The notes below the pieces were generated by a model. That model was not told where the DNA came from and made no database searches. It saw nothing but the letters and a program-made list of their open reading frames with translations. This document shows positions 50,071-61,739 of a DNA stretch of 64,000 nt, one piece after another. Position 1 is the first letter of the stretch. Each line of letters starts with the position of its first letter. A program made the position numbers and the translations under genes. Source of the DNA: Octopus vulgaris. Its lineage: Eukaryota. The stretch is taken from the NCBI GenBank assembly GCA_951406725.2, contig OX597814.1, positions 216,752,001-216,816,000 on the forward strand, read 5' to 3'.

Positions 50071-51565
50071 TTGAAACAAAATGCTATATGTGTTCAGTGA
50101 GGTAGAGATCGGGGGTCGGGGTTAAGACAGAAAACGCGAGAGTGGGGAGGATTCTGTTATAAATAATGAGATGAGAGAATAGAAAGAGATAGAGAGACAG
50201 AGAAAGAGGGAGCGAGAGAGAACGATGAATATATTTGCAAATAGAGGAAGGGTAGGAGGTAATAAAGAAAATGGGTGGAGTCATGGTGAATTATATAATA
50301 AGATGGGAGGAGCGAACGGTAAGGATAATAACTCTTATTACATCCCTTTTTGCATGAAACTGTATCTGGTTCTGTTTTGTTAAATAAAATCTGTGAAGAT
50401 TTCCAAATCTGTTTTAATGTAAATAATTCATTGAAGTGTTTAGAAATTGGCGAATATGTTTAGGGAAGAAGAAAGGAGTGTTTCATTGAAATCTTGCGTT
50501 TTTTTACTGAGTTCAGTCATTGCACAGCGGCCAGGCTGGGGTTAACTTTTCAGGAATTTTAATCGAAGGGAGTACTCCAGCATATGTTTGTGTGTGTGAG
50601 TGTGCATGCGTGTGTGTACGTGCGTGCATAATACTTCTGTCGGTAACTTTTGCCAAACGACAAAGTTACAGGGACGTAAACAACCAAACACTGGTCGTGA
50701 AGCCATGGGGTTTAGTAAAATGCAAACACACACACGCGCGGACACGAGTATGTAATTAATCATTAATTAAATAATTAAATACATCGATCCAGTGTAATAA
50801 TCAAAGTTTCAGAATTCCTCGTGCCTTTCAGCTGCATTTGGTTCCAATCTTTCACACTTACATCTCAATACAAATCATAGGTTGGCTGCTGCAGCAACTG
50901 AAATCACAAGTCAACGCGCATTCGCGTTTCTTCATCCTTTTTCCCTTTGTGGATGCGGCCAAGCTTCCATTCGGCGACGCAATACACAGCACTTAGAAGA
51001 GGGTCAGACTTAATTCCGCTGTTTAAACAAATTTCGTGCAAATCGTTCGCTCTGATGACGCGTCAGAGAACGTTGAGGATATTCTCCTAAGCTTGGCCTT
51101 GCATCATGCTAGAAATAACAGCCAGGTACCTCATATTGACATTGCTTTTGCTTTTCAGTTTGTTGTCTTTTTATTGCCATCCTGAATGCAGATGGTGAAG
51201 TCCATGGAGACACGTTCCTTCTCACGCCATACATGACACCTTCTTTAAGCTAGAAACAACAGGCAGAGTACCCTCAGCCATATCTTAAATCAATTAGCAA
51301 TTTTGAAATATATTTCACATTGAAAAGAAATCACATTTAATTTATTTGGTTTGCAGATTTTTTTGTATTCTTTCTTTCAGCGATTGAATACTTAAAACAA
51401 AAGATTATCGAGATGGATGTCAGCTGAATTCAAAGAAACGATATTACAGCCATAGCGTGAAATATTTCACGCCTCCTTCTGTCCATGAATACATGTAGAG
51501 CAGAAAGTCCAACTATCAGAAACATGTATTCGAAGATTTTATTTGTTTTATCAATTAAAATTACA

Positions 51566-51975
51566 GACAGGGCTTTACGGTAAGAAAGTTGGTTCCCAAT
51601 CGTATGGTTCCAGGTTCGATATCACTGCATGGCGCCTTGTCCGAATGTCTTATGTTATACCTTCGATTCGACCAAAGACTTGTGAGTAGATTTGGTAGAC
51701 GGAAATTGAAAGATGCTCGTCGTACACACACACACACGTGTGTGTGTGTGCATGTGAGTGTCGTTGTGTTTGCGTTTCACAATTATCCACTGCTTCACAA
51801 ACAGTGTTTGTGTGTTTACGTCCCGTTAGATTAACCGTTTGGCAAAAGTCATCGGTAGACGGAGTACCATGCGTAAAATACATGAAAAAAAATTACTGGG
51901 GTGATTCATTCGATTAAATTTTACAAGCGGTGCCCCAGCTTGGCCGTAGTCGAATGATTGAATTCAGTAAAAATT
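51566..51975 (+). mobile_element. Full-length tRNA-derived SINE with LINE-like tail
   Basis: GGTTCGATATC B box, gaccaaagacttgtgagtagatttggtagacggaaattgaaag, internal (CA)/(TG), tail gcggtgccccagcttggccg. Confidence 0.8.
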
Positions 51976-52049
51976 GACAAAATTGAAATTAAATTCATTT
52001 TTAAGAAATTTTTAAAAAATTAATGAAATGGTTTTATACTTTATCGTTC

Positions 52050-53130
52050 TTTATGAGAGATTTGGCTGTTGTTTCTAGCATGTGCAGCAGCAACAGTGGT
52101 TGTGTGACGATTGCAGAGAAGAGCGAAGTTAAAGAGTAAGAATCGGAAATTTAAAAGACGAAATGGTCAGATATGAAAGGAAAAACGAATGAGTGACGTG
52201 GAGAAATGTTCGATATTTATTGATAATGGATTATAAACACTTCGATCTATTATTTACAGTAAATCATGATTGGAAATCTTCACAAACTGCGCCGGAAGAC
52301 AGATTTTATTGAACACAACAGGAAGTAATAGTTTAAAGGGAAAAGGGAAAATGGGATTGAATAAGAGTTATTACCCTTACTCTCTCAACTTTGACACCTC
52401 CCACAACAACCACTACCTTATATAATATGGTTGACCCCGCCCATCTTGCTTCCTTTATTACCTCACACCCTTCCTCCCTTAGTAAGTATACTCATCGTTC
52501 TCAAGCGCTCCCTCACTCTTTCTCTCTCTCTCTATCTCTGTCCCTTTCTCTTCCCGCCCCTCTCTCACCTCATTATTTATTACAGAATCCTTCTCTTATA
52601 TATCACTCCCCCTCTCTTATTTTCTCTCTGATCCCAGCCTCCCTCCCCTACAAAACATATCCTCCCACTTCTCCCTCTTTGTCTCCTTTCTCTCAGAACC
52701 TCATTATATATTCATTTTAATCACCGCCCACCTCCCTTGCAAAAGCGTTCACCTCTTCCTCTCCCTCACTAACTGTATATCTGTCTCTCTTTCTCTCTCT
52801 CTCTCTCTCTCTCACGCATTCTGTCTCCCTCCCTCCCACTCTCTGCTTCCTTATACATTAATATATTCCTCCCCTTCCCTAGGGTTTCTCTCTCTCACTC
52901 TTTCTTCCTTTCTTTCTCTCTCTATCTCCCCCACCTCCTTATATCTTACCCTCTCCCTCTTCCTCTCCTTTTATTCCTAAGAAACGTTACTTTCTTACAA
53001 ATAAATTATATTTTCAGATTTACCTTAAAATTTCTCTCTCGCTAATTATTTTACCAGAAGCTAATTATTTAACTAACGATTAATTACATAATTACTGTGT
53101 AGTTCTTAATTGAGCAAATTAAATAGCCGA
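52050..53130 (-). repeat. Copy of the dispersed GA/CT-rich unit
   Basis: Aligns to 9090-9960 in the same orientation and to 38620-38950 and 39300-39450 in reverse. Confidence 0.75.
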
Positions 53131-53539
53131 GACATTGACGGACAATTTAAGAAGCATTTATCCAAAGAATCGTCCTACACGTGGTTTGACATCATGCTAG
53201 AAATAACCGCCCACTACATTCAAAGTTGCTTTGTTTTTCATACGAAATTGAAAGACAATTTAAGAAGCATTTATAAAACTTTTTCCCGGATCTGGTCAGA
53301 CTTCTTCCTCGAATGAGAAACAAAGTGAAGTAGCGTCTATAAAACGTATTGGTGGTCTGTTATCGTGCTATAAGTAACAGCCCACTACACTATACTTTAC
53401 ATCGTTTTTATGAAGGTCACTTTAAGGAGCTTCTAAGGAAATATAGTCCAATTGGGGATCAAATGTAATGCTAGAAATAACAGCCAAGTATGTTCAAGTT
53501 TGGTTTTGTGTTTCATATGAAAATGAAGGACACTTCGAA

Positions 53540-55039
53540 ACTCTTCTCTCTCCTTCCTCATTCTGTATTAATACCTCATCCTTCCCCTCTTCCTTTCTCT
53601 AATACATTATAGACTCCCTCTCTAATCACACACATCATTCCCTCTCCTTCTCTACTCCTCTCCCTACCCCTCTGTCACTTATTTATGTTATTGTTTAACC
53701 CCGCCTCCCTCATCCCTTGTTTTCTCTCAACTCTTACTCTCCTCCCTCACAAAGCATATATCTCATACATCGTCTCTGTTTCCTTCCCCCTCCCTCACTT
53801 TTTGTCTCTCTCCCTCCTTCTTTACCACCTCATATCTCATACTATCCCTCTAGCTCTTTGGTGCTCCGCCTCACGTCACACTCTCCCTCTCTTTCTAAAC
53901 CTATGTATCATTCTCTCTCTCCCTCCACCTCCTTATATAATATTCTCTCATTCTCTTACCTCATTCTTTCCCTCCCTTTCTCCTCCCTTTCCATCTCCCT
54001 CTCTTTCTCTAAGTCTGTCTTTCTCTCTCTTTGCTCTCTCGATTTCTCTATTTCAGTCTCTCTCTTTCGCCCTCTCGCTGCTTATGTCTCTCTCTGTCTC
54101 TGTGTCTCTCTCTTTCTCCCTCTCTCCATCTCCCTCTCTCCGTCTCCCTCTCTCTATTACCTTATTATATATTAAGGCTCCGCCTTTTTACTCTTTATCT
54201 CTCCTCTCATACTCCTCCTCTCTTCTTAACATTTATTTCTCTAATTCCTCATCCTTCCTCCTCCTCTCTCTCTCCCTCTCCCTCTTTCTTCTCATCATAT
54301 TTACAGAATTGCGTCGCCTTCCTCTCTATCTCTATCTCATTCTTTCCTTCTTCCTTTCTTTCTTTCTTTCCTTTTCGTCTCTTTCTTTCCTTTTCGTCTC
54401 TTTCTTTCTGTCTTCCTTTCTTTCTTTCAATTTCCTTTCTTTCTTTCTTTTTCTTTCTGTCTTTCTTTCTTTTTTCTTTCTTTTTATATTTCTTTTTTCC
54501 TTTCCCTCTTTCTCTTTCTTTCTTTCTTTCTTTCTTTCCTCTTCCTTTCTTTCTTTATTTATTTCTTCTTTCATTTCACTCATTCTCTCTTTGTTTCCTT
54601 CTTTCATTTTCGTTATTTCATTTTCTTTCAGTTTTTCATTTCCATCTTCTTTCCCTTCATTCTCTTTTCTTTCTTCGCTCTTATCTTTCCTTCTCCTTTG
54701 CTTCTTTTCTTTTTCTTCCTTTCTTTTTTCGCCGTTGCTTCGTTTCCTTTCCTTTTCTCCTTTTTCTCTCTCTCCCCTCGCCCTGCTCTTATCTTTCTCT
54801 CTTTCTTTCCTTTTTTTTCCTTCTTTCTGCCTTCATTCTTTCCATCTTTCTTTCTTTTTCCTTCTATATCGCCTTCTTTGTTATTTCCTTCTTTTCTTCT
54901 TTTCTTCCTTTCTTTCTTTCTTTCCACTTACCTCCTTTCCATTTTTGATTCATTCTTTCTATATTTCCTTCTTTTTCCTTTCTATCTATGTTTTCTTTCT
55001 ACCTTTCCTTCTTTCTTTTTCTTTTCTTGCTCCTTTATT

Positions 55040-55077
<38 letters not shown>

Positions 55078-55700
55078 TTTCTTTCTTTCTTTATTTATTT
55101 ATTTCTTCCGCTCTCATTTCATGTATTATTACAGAATCACGTTACTTTTTTCCTTCCCCCCTCTCTTCTATCATTCCTTCTTTTTCTCTTTTCTTTCTTC
55201 CTTCTTCTCTCTCTCTCTTTCATTCTTTCTTTCTTTTTACTCTCTCTCTCTCACTCTCTTTCTTTCCCTTAATCTCATTGTTTCTATCTCTCTCATTCTT
55301 TCTTTCTTTTTGTTTCGCTTTACTTACTTTCTTTTTCTTTCTTTCTTTTTTGTTTCCCTTTACTTACTTTCTTTTTTCTTTCTTTCTTTCTTTCTTTCTT
55401 TTTCCTGTCTTTCTTTTATTTTCCTTTCTTTTTTATTTATTTATTTCTTTTTCCTTTCTTTCTTTTTGCTTTCTTTCCTTCTTTCTTTCTTTCTTTCTTT
55501 CTTTACTCTTCCTTTCTTTGTTTTTGCTTTCTTTCGTACTTTCTCTTTCTTTTTTCTTTCTTTCTTTCCTTTTCCTTCTTTCTTTCTTTCTTTCTTTCTT
55601 TCTTTCAATTTCCTTTCCTTCTCTTTTCTTTCTTTCTTGTTTCTTTCTTTCTTGTTTCTTTCTTTCTTTTTTTCTTTCTTTCCATTTTCTTTCTTTCAAT
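53540..55700. repeat. CT/CTTT low-complexity pyrimidine tract
   Basis: Direct observation. Confidence 0.92.
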
Positions 55701-56023
55701 TACTTAAACTTACCTTGAATAGGTCTTTTACATGCCGAATTCTACTTGATGAAATTACTGATTACTTCATAATTAATTAATTTCACCTTTTGTTATTATT
55801 GATAATGGTATTTCCTCCCAGAAAATAACTGTAGCATCTTCCTTTGGCAACGTGCTGGTGGACAGGGGAGAGTGACCTATTCTCATTCACTTTTTGAATT
55901 TGGCGGTACTGGCAAGCTATTCGTTCTCTCTGATACCGTGAGGTGAAGTGATGGTTCCCAGTGCCTTCAAATTTAATACACGATTATTAATAATTGAGAC
56001 GCAATTATTTATAGTTGAAGAAT

Positions 56024-56114
56024 CCTACGCTGATGAGGAAAATAGTCAGCTAGGGTATAATTATTTATTTGTTATGCTCTATACTGTCTTAATTCCGAAA
56101 CGCGCGTCCGTAGG
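56024..56114 (+). ncRNA. Intact type I hammerhead ribozyme motif
   Basis: Stem I CCTACG/CGTAGG; core CTGATGA 56030-56036; stem II GGAA..agtcag.tagggtataa / ttatgctcta..ctgtct..TTCC; GAAA; palindromic stem III ACGCGCGT; predicted cleavage after GTC at 56108. Confidence 0.88.
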
Positions 56115-56293
56115 CAACTTAATATAGAATGATTTTCGTCATTTCTTTCTCTTTTACCTGCGTCGTTTGTTTTTAAGTGCTTTGGTTTTACAGGGATCTC
56201 CCTTTAAAGTAGAAAGAATAGCCAAGACATTTGACTGCTATTTCTAAATTCGGTGTGTGGTGAGGCAAATCGTTGCTGAACCCTAATTACTTA

Positions 56294-56332
<39 letters not shown>

Positions 56333-56586
56333 ACAATTAAGGATAACTTTTTAATAAGGAATCTTAACAAGAAATTATCAGGTAGTTAGCGTGAAAAACC
56401 TCATAAAAGAAAAGAATTCGAAAATAATTTTTTTTGTTTTGAACAAATTAATTATATCTATATTGTATAGAGGGCATTATTACACATAAATGCCACACAC
56501 TAAGGGGGACAAAGTCATTACTACCAAAATTACACTAATCATACCTAATGCAGTTCTTCAAAGCAAGACATTTAAAAAATGAATTT

Positions 56587-56643
56587 AGTTCTGTATCACC
56601 GTGATTTCACATTTAACTTACGTCTATGATCATCAGCAGAACT
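56587..56643 (-). ncRNA. Type I hammerhead motif in arm B
   Basis: Reverse complement of the motif at 57069-57125. Confidence 0.65.
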
Positions 56644-57068
56644 GATTCTGAACACATCATAAATAAACCACCAACCTTACCTAGCGAAGACGAACAGACA
56701 TCTATTCACTCCGGCCAAGCACATGGAATGTTTATAAATCATATATTCGGTAAATGGCGGGCTTTTTCGAACTGCATGTCGGGTAAGAAAAGTATTTCGG
56801 AATAAATTATTTTCGAATTCTTTTCTCTTATGAGGTTTTTCACGCTAACTACCTGATAATTTCTTGTTAAGATTCCTTATTAAGAAGTTATCCTTAATTG
56901 TTAAATTTATTCCGAAATACTTTTCTTATCCGACATGCAGTTCGAAAAAGCCCGCCATTTACCGAATATATGATTTATAAACATTCCATGTGCTTGGCCG
57001 GAGTGAATAGATGTCTGTTCGTCTTCGCTAGGTAAGGTTGGTGGTTTATTTATGATGTGTTCAGAATC

Positions 57069-57125
57069 AGTTCTGCTGATGATCATAGACGTAAGTTAAA
57101 TGTGAAATCACGGTGATACAGAACT
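57069..57125 (+). ncRNA. Type I hammerhead motif in arm B'
   Basis: AGTTCTG-CTGATGA-tcatagacGTAAgttaaatgt-GAAA-TCAC g GTGA-TA-CAGAACT: 7-bp stem I, imperfect stem II with GNRA loop, AUA site. Confidence 0.65.
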
Positions 57126-57245
57126 AAATTCATTTTTTAAATGTCTTGCTTTGAAGAACTGCATTAGGTATGATTAGTGTAATTTTGGTAGTAATGACTT
57201 TGTCCCTCTTAGTGTGTGGCATTTATGTGTAATAATGCCCTCTAT

Positions 57246-57284
<39 letters not shown>

Positions 57285-57285
57285 G

Positions 57286-57347
<62 letters not shown>

Positions 57348-57348
57348 G

Positions 57349-57404
<56 letters not shown>

Positions 57405-57412
<8 letters not shown>

Positions 57413-57602
57413 ATCCAAACAAGAAAGCACAAAAAAACACCACAACGCGAGGACGTGGAACAAATATAGTGTTATTGGACGCTCAGGAAGGAAGGGAAGA
57501 AGGAGGGTATAACGTTTCGAGCGGAGCTCCTCGTCGGAAGCATAGGAGAAGAGAAGACAGACGAAAATAAATCGCCAACGGTACACACGAGGTCACATTT
57601 TG

Positions 57603-57605
<3 letters not shown>
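57405..57605 (-). mobile_element. Short Penelope-like repeat with a degenerate hammerhead (57508-57540)
   Basis: Minus strand ttCCGACGA-gGAGC tcc GCTC-GAAAC GTTA; lies between (TA)n tracts. Confidence 0.45.
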
Positions 57606-57638
<33 letters not shown>

Positions 57639-57761
57639 GGAGAGTCTGAACCCAGAACTATGTGGTTGTTAAGTAAAAGTCTTACTTACCACGCAGCCAC
57701 GCCTATATATATATATATATTAATATATATATATATATATGTATTTATATATATATATATG

Positions 57762-57818
<57 letters not shown>

Positions 57819-57843
57819 ATTTATATATATATATATATGTATT

Positions 57844-57914
<71 letters not shown>

Positions 57915-57921
57915 ATGTATT

Positions 57922-57953
<32 letters not shown>

Positions 57954-57965
57954 ATATATGTATTT

Positions 57966-57999
<34 letters not shown>

Positions 58000-58055
58000 A
58001 TTTATTTATATATGTATGTATGTATGTATATATATATATGGTGTGTGTGTATTTA
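57605..58055. repeat. (TA)n/(TG)n microsatellite tract containing a 68-bp SINE head fragment
   Basis: Direct observation. 57636-57703 duplicates 58857-58922. Confidence 0.9.
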
Positions 58056-58645
58056 TAATAAGTGTAGGTCGTATACGAGTGGGTATATATTTATAAAAAG
58101 AAGTTTGAAAACGCCACTATATAAGATAAATTTTAATTTTCTTAGAAATTTTACATGTTTCGGTTCTTCTTGATAAAACGAACCTTATCAAAAATATTTT
58201 TAAAAGTAAAGCGGGATAAAAAAGTTCATAATTGTTTCTCACTGGTCTCAACAGAATCCACGTGGTGGTTTTTTGTGGGGAGTAAGCATCATAGCTGTCT
58301 TATATGTTGAATAAGTTAAGTAAATGACCAGTGGCCGAAATAGCAGTAGCAGCAGTGACTGTCGGTCGTTGCAATACATACATATCATATGTGTGACTGT
58401 TGATGTGTATCTTCGCATTTTTAATTGTCCCGGCGATGCTTGACAAGCGCAGTGAACGTCCATCTCACCTAGCGATGCGGCAAATTCTACCGATAAAATG
58501 AGTGTCAAGCTTAGAAATTACACGGGTTGATACGTTCGATTAAAAACTTAAAATCGGTTCCAAAGCATGACCCCACTCTCAGAATATGGAAACACGTTAT
58601 GAATACAAACAAAAGATATGTACATATACCTGGGGTTATGCATTT

Positions 58646-58681
<36 letters not shown>

Positions 58682-58759
58682 ATGTATGTGTGTATGTATG
58701 TGTGTATGTATGTATGTATGTATGTATATGTGTGTGTACACGTGCGCCCGCACTTACAC

Positions 58760-58922
58760 ACATAAACGATGGGCTTCTTTCCGTTTCCTTCTACCAAACC
58801 AACTCACAAGACTTTGGTCAACCCGAGGCCATGGTAGAGGACACTTGTCCAAGGTTACACGGTGAGTCTGAACCCAGAACTATGTGGTTGTTAAGCGAAA
58901 GTCTTACCACGCAGCCACGCCT
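58760..58922 (-). mobile_element. tRNA-derived SINE (same family as 21614)
   Basis: Reverse complement ggcgtggctgcgtggtaag..ctgggttcagactc..ccttggacaagtgtc..gaccaaagtcttgtgagttggtttggtag. Confidence 0.8.
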
Positions 58923-58945
58923 ATATATATATATATATATATATA

Positions 58946-60140
58946 CTAGTTGAAGGTGACCCGCTCTACGCGCGGGTAAGAGTGTGGTTGTTACTTTCTG
59001 TTGCTTCCTTTCAGCACGTAAAAATCACCATCCGAACGTGGCCGATTGCAGCGCCACCTTGACTGGCTTCTGTGCCGGTGGCACGTAAAAAGCACCAACC
59101 GATCGTTGCCGCTGCCAGCCCCCCCCCTGGCACCTGTGCCGGCGGCACGAAAAAAGCACCCACTACACTCACAGAGTGGTTGGCGTTAGGAAGGTCATCC
59201 ACCTGTAGAAACACTGCCAGATCAGACTGGAGCCTGGTGCAGCCTCCTGGCTTCCGAGACCCCGGTCACACTGCCCAACCCGTGCTAGCACGGAAAACGG
59301 ACGTTAAACGATGATGATGATGATGATTCTCCCTCTTTGTTTCTCTCTCCTTTCTCTCTCACTTTCCCACTCTCTTACTTTTCTTTTCTCTCGGACTCTC
59401 CCTCGCTTTCTCTTACTCTCTATCTTTATCTCTCTCTCTCCCATTTATAAACAACAAAAGATCTTGAGTAAGTTGAGAAATAAAATATTTAGAAAGATCA
59501 ATCATAAATATCAGGCAGTGGCAACGGAAAGGTCTGCTTCAAGGCAGACAGCAAAACGCTAACATTTAAAAGGGACAGACGAATTTGCAAGCTGAATAAA
59601 AATAATAAAATATTGGAAACCAAAGTTTGAAGGGATAGAATCTGAGGATAGTAGAGTCACCATGGCTGGGATTTCTTAACGACGGACAGCAACGTATTTA
59701 CAGTTTAACGGCTGGCGTAAAATTTTGAACTTGATGTAAAAGAAAATTCGTAAACACCAAGTTTTGAAGTGATACTTTCTCACGACAGTAGACTCACCAT
59801 GGCAAGCATTCAAAACTTCTTCATCATGGACGGCAACACATTGACGATTAAAGGGCTGGCGCAAATTTTTTAGCTTGATGTAACAGAGAATTCCTAAACA
59901 CTCGCTCCTTTAAATTTTAATCCCCTTCCAGCTCCATTTAGACCCCTTTTCACATTTTGATTAATATAACCCGATTTCATTCGGGTCTACTGGGGCCACA
60001 TTTTATAAGATGAGGAATTTCGTCCTAGAGGTCACGCGTTTCATTTGAGGAAAAAAATAGTTGTCATGCAAACTTGCCAGCACTTTTAACATAGGTGTGC
60101 ATATTTTCAGCTGAACCGACCGACCACATAATGCACACAT

Positions 60141-60160
<20 letters not shown>
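58946..60160 (-). mobile_element. Non-autonomous Helitron (second family) with nested insertion
   Basis: Minus-strand 3' end: hairpin ACCCGC..GCGGGT followed about 10 nt later by CTAG|T at 58946-58949. Internal ~135-bp diverged dimer at 59647-59901. The 5' end is uncertain (TC at 60010, or merged into (TA)n near 60160). Confidence 0.55.
59012..59327 (+). mobile_element. SINE/LINE 3' fragment ending in (ATG)n
   Basis: Repeated ctgtgccgg.ggcacg.aaaaagcacc modules, gttggcgttaggaagg.catcca motif, tail ggacgttaaacg(atg)n. Confidence 0.7.
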
Positions 60161-60182
<22 letters not shown>

Positions 60183-60336
60183 CGTGTGTGTGTGTGTGTG
60201 TGCGCGCACATTATATATACAAATTATATATATATATGTATAAATTAAATTAGAGATAAAACCACTAATAGTCAAATGAAACAGTAAAAAAACAAAAAGA
60301 AAAACATAAAAAGAAAAATATAATATAGAAAATATA

Positions 60337-60732
60337 TCTTTATATATAAAAGTGAAGTTGTGTGTCTGTCTCCTATGATTTAGATTCCTAACTACTCCCA
60401 CATTTTGCGGCGCAGTTTAACCAAAACCGAGTATCTTATAGTCGTGATTCATATCGAGCCCTTCTGTGTATTAGCGCGCGTCTACGATGAGTCTACGATT
60501 TTTAAAATAATTTACCATCATTTTTTTCCATTTTAATGCATTTTTTCGCTATTATATAAGGGAGGTAACTCTCTAAAAATGTCTACGATGAGTCAACGAT
60601 TTAAAAAAAAATTTACTATCATTTTTTTCCATTTTTAATGCATTTTTTGCTATTTTTTGGCAATAACTCTCTAAAAATGCTTATATAGTTATTTCCCTTA
60701 CAAATCCGAGCAACGCCGGGCGATACTGCTAG
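60337..60732 (+). mobile_element. Non-autonomous Helitron (family copy 2)
   Basis: A|TCTTTATATATAAAAG ... TCCGAGCAACGCCGGG cgatactgCTAG|T. Homologous to 4772-5166, with an internal ~100-bp tandem duplication. Confidence 0.88.
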
Positions 60733-61380
60733 TAAAATATAAAAATGAAAAATTTAAATTATTTAAATTTAAAATAAAAATTATTAAATTATATTTATAA
60801 TTTGTTGAAAAATATATATAACTATCAAAAAGTATTAAAAAGTTTAATGTACATAAATACAGATATATACACTTTGTATATATACATTATATATACATAT
60901 TTATATATCGAACACACACACACACATATATATAAATGAACGCAAGAAATATCTGATTCATAATATTTGTTCTCATGCTCGTGTGTTCGTGGTGGCGATG
61001 ATAATTCTCTCTATGAATGCAGACAGATACATAAAAGAACACCGTCTGACGAACTTATAAAGGGTAAGTGAAAGGGAGTTAGAGGGGAATGGAGGAAATA
61101 GTGTGAGTGAGTGAGGAAGACATATACGTAAAAGAACGGAAGTGGACTTGTCAAAGTGGGGTCTTGGCCCCTAGCAACGACACCTTTTAAAATAGGGATT
61201 TCTAAAGTAGCCCACGGGCATCGTCACCTCATTTTACATATCCCTTTAAATTTTGGAGTGAATCCGACGGGATGTAGTGGCCTTAAAAGCCATCCAAGCG
61301 GTAAAAACGCATTTCAGTTTTATATATAGATATATATATATATATATTTATCAAAATAAAAACATGATGCAGAGGATTTA

Positions 61381-61468
61381 GCGGTACATATGTTTCTGGC
61401 TTTTATTAGACGGTTTATATCAATGCATATTTGATGTAATTTGTATGTCAATAGCCTTCTTCAGCCGC
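61381..61468 (-). ncRNA. Type I hammerhead motif
   Basis: Minus strand GCGG-CTGAAGA-aGGCTattgac...gtctaataaaAGCCa-GAAA-CATATG-TA-CCGC. The palindromic stem III ACATATGT is the same as in the motif at 23318. Confidence 0.62.
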
Positions 61469-61739
61469 GTACAATTACTACTCCAAGGACATGTATTACA
61501 TTAGTTTGGGAAAAAGACGAATTACGTTGGGGATGCAAATCCTCATAGTCGTGTACAACAGAGAGAGGCACCAAAACAAAATCGAAGCGTCCATCCCGTT
61601 TTTCACTCGGTGTAGAATGAGGAGATTGGATGTTGAGAATGAGAGGGAAAGTTAACTAAGGGTAGAAATTGATATTAATCAATTAAAACCATTGGCTTAG
61701 CGTATTTTAAAAAATCCGAAGATTAAAAAATTTTTTTAC

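Larger units (their letters stand above)
56328..57253. repeat. Interleaved double inverted repeat A-B-A'-B'
   Basis: A 56328-56430 = rc of A' 56804-56906 (2 mismatches seen). B 56459-56808 = rc of B' 56904-57253 (350 bp, 2 mismatches seen). Flanked by (TA)n. Confidence 0.93.

Noticed and set aside
41116-50079. 2987-aa, 2885-aa and other giant minus-strand ORFs
   Set aside because: Translations of the CT-rich strand of the 127-bp satellite, which rarely forms stops. Open in several frames at once. Only the last ~75 aa are a real RTE fragment.
53685-55780. 677-aa hydrophobic ORF resembling a membrane protein
   Set aside because: Low-complexity pyrimidine tract, open in multiple frames.
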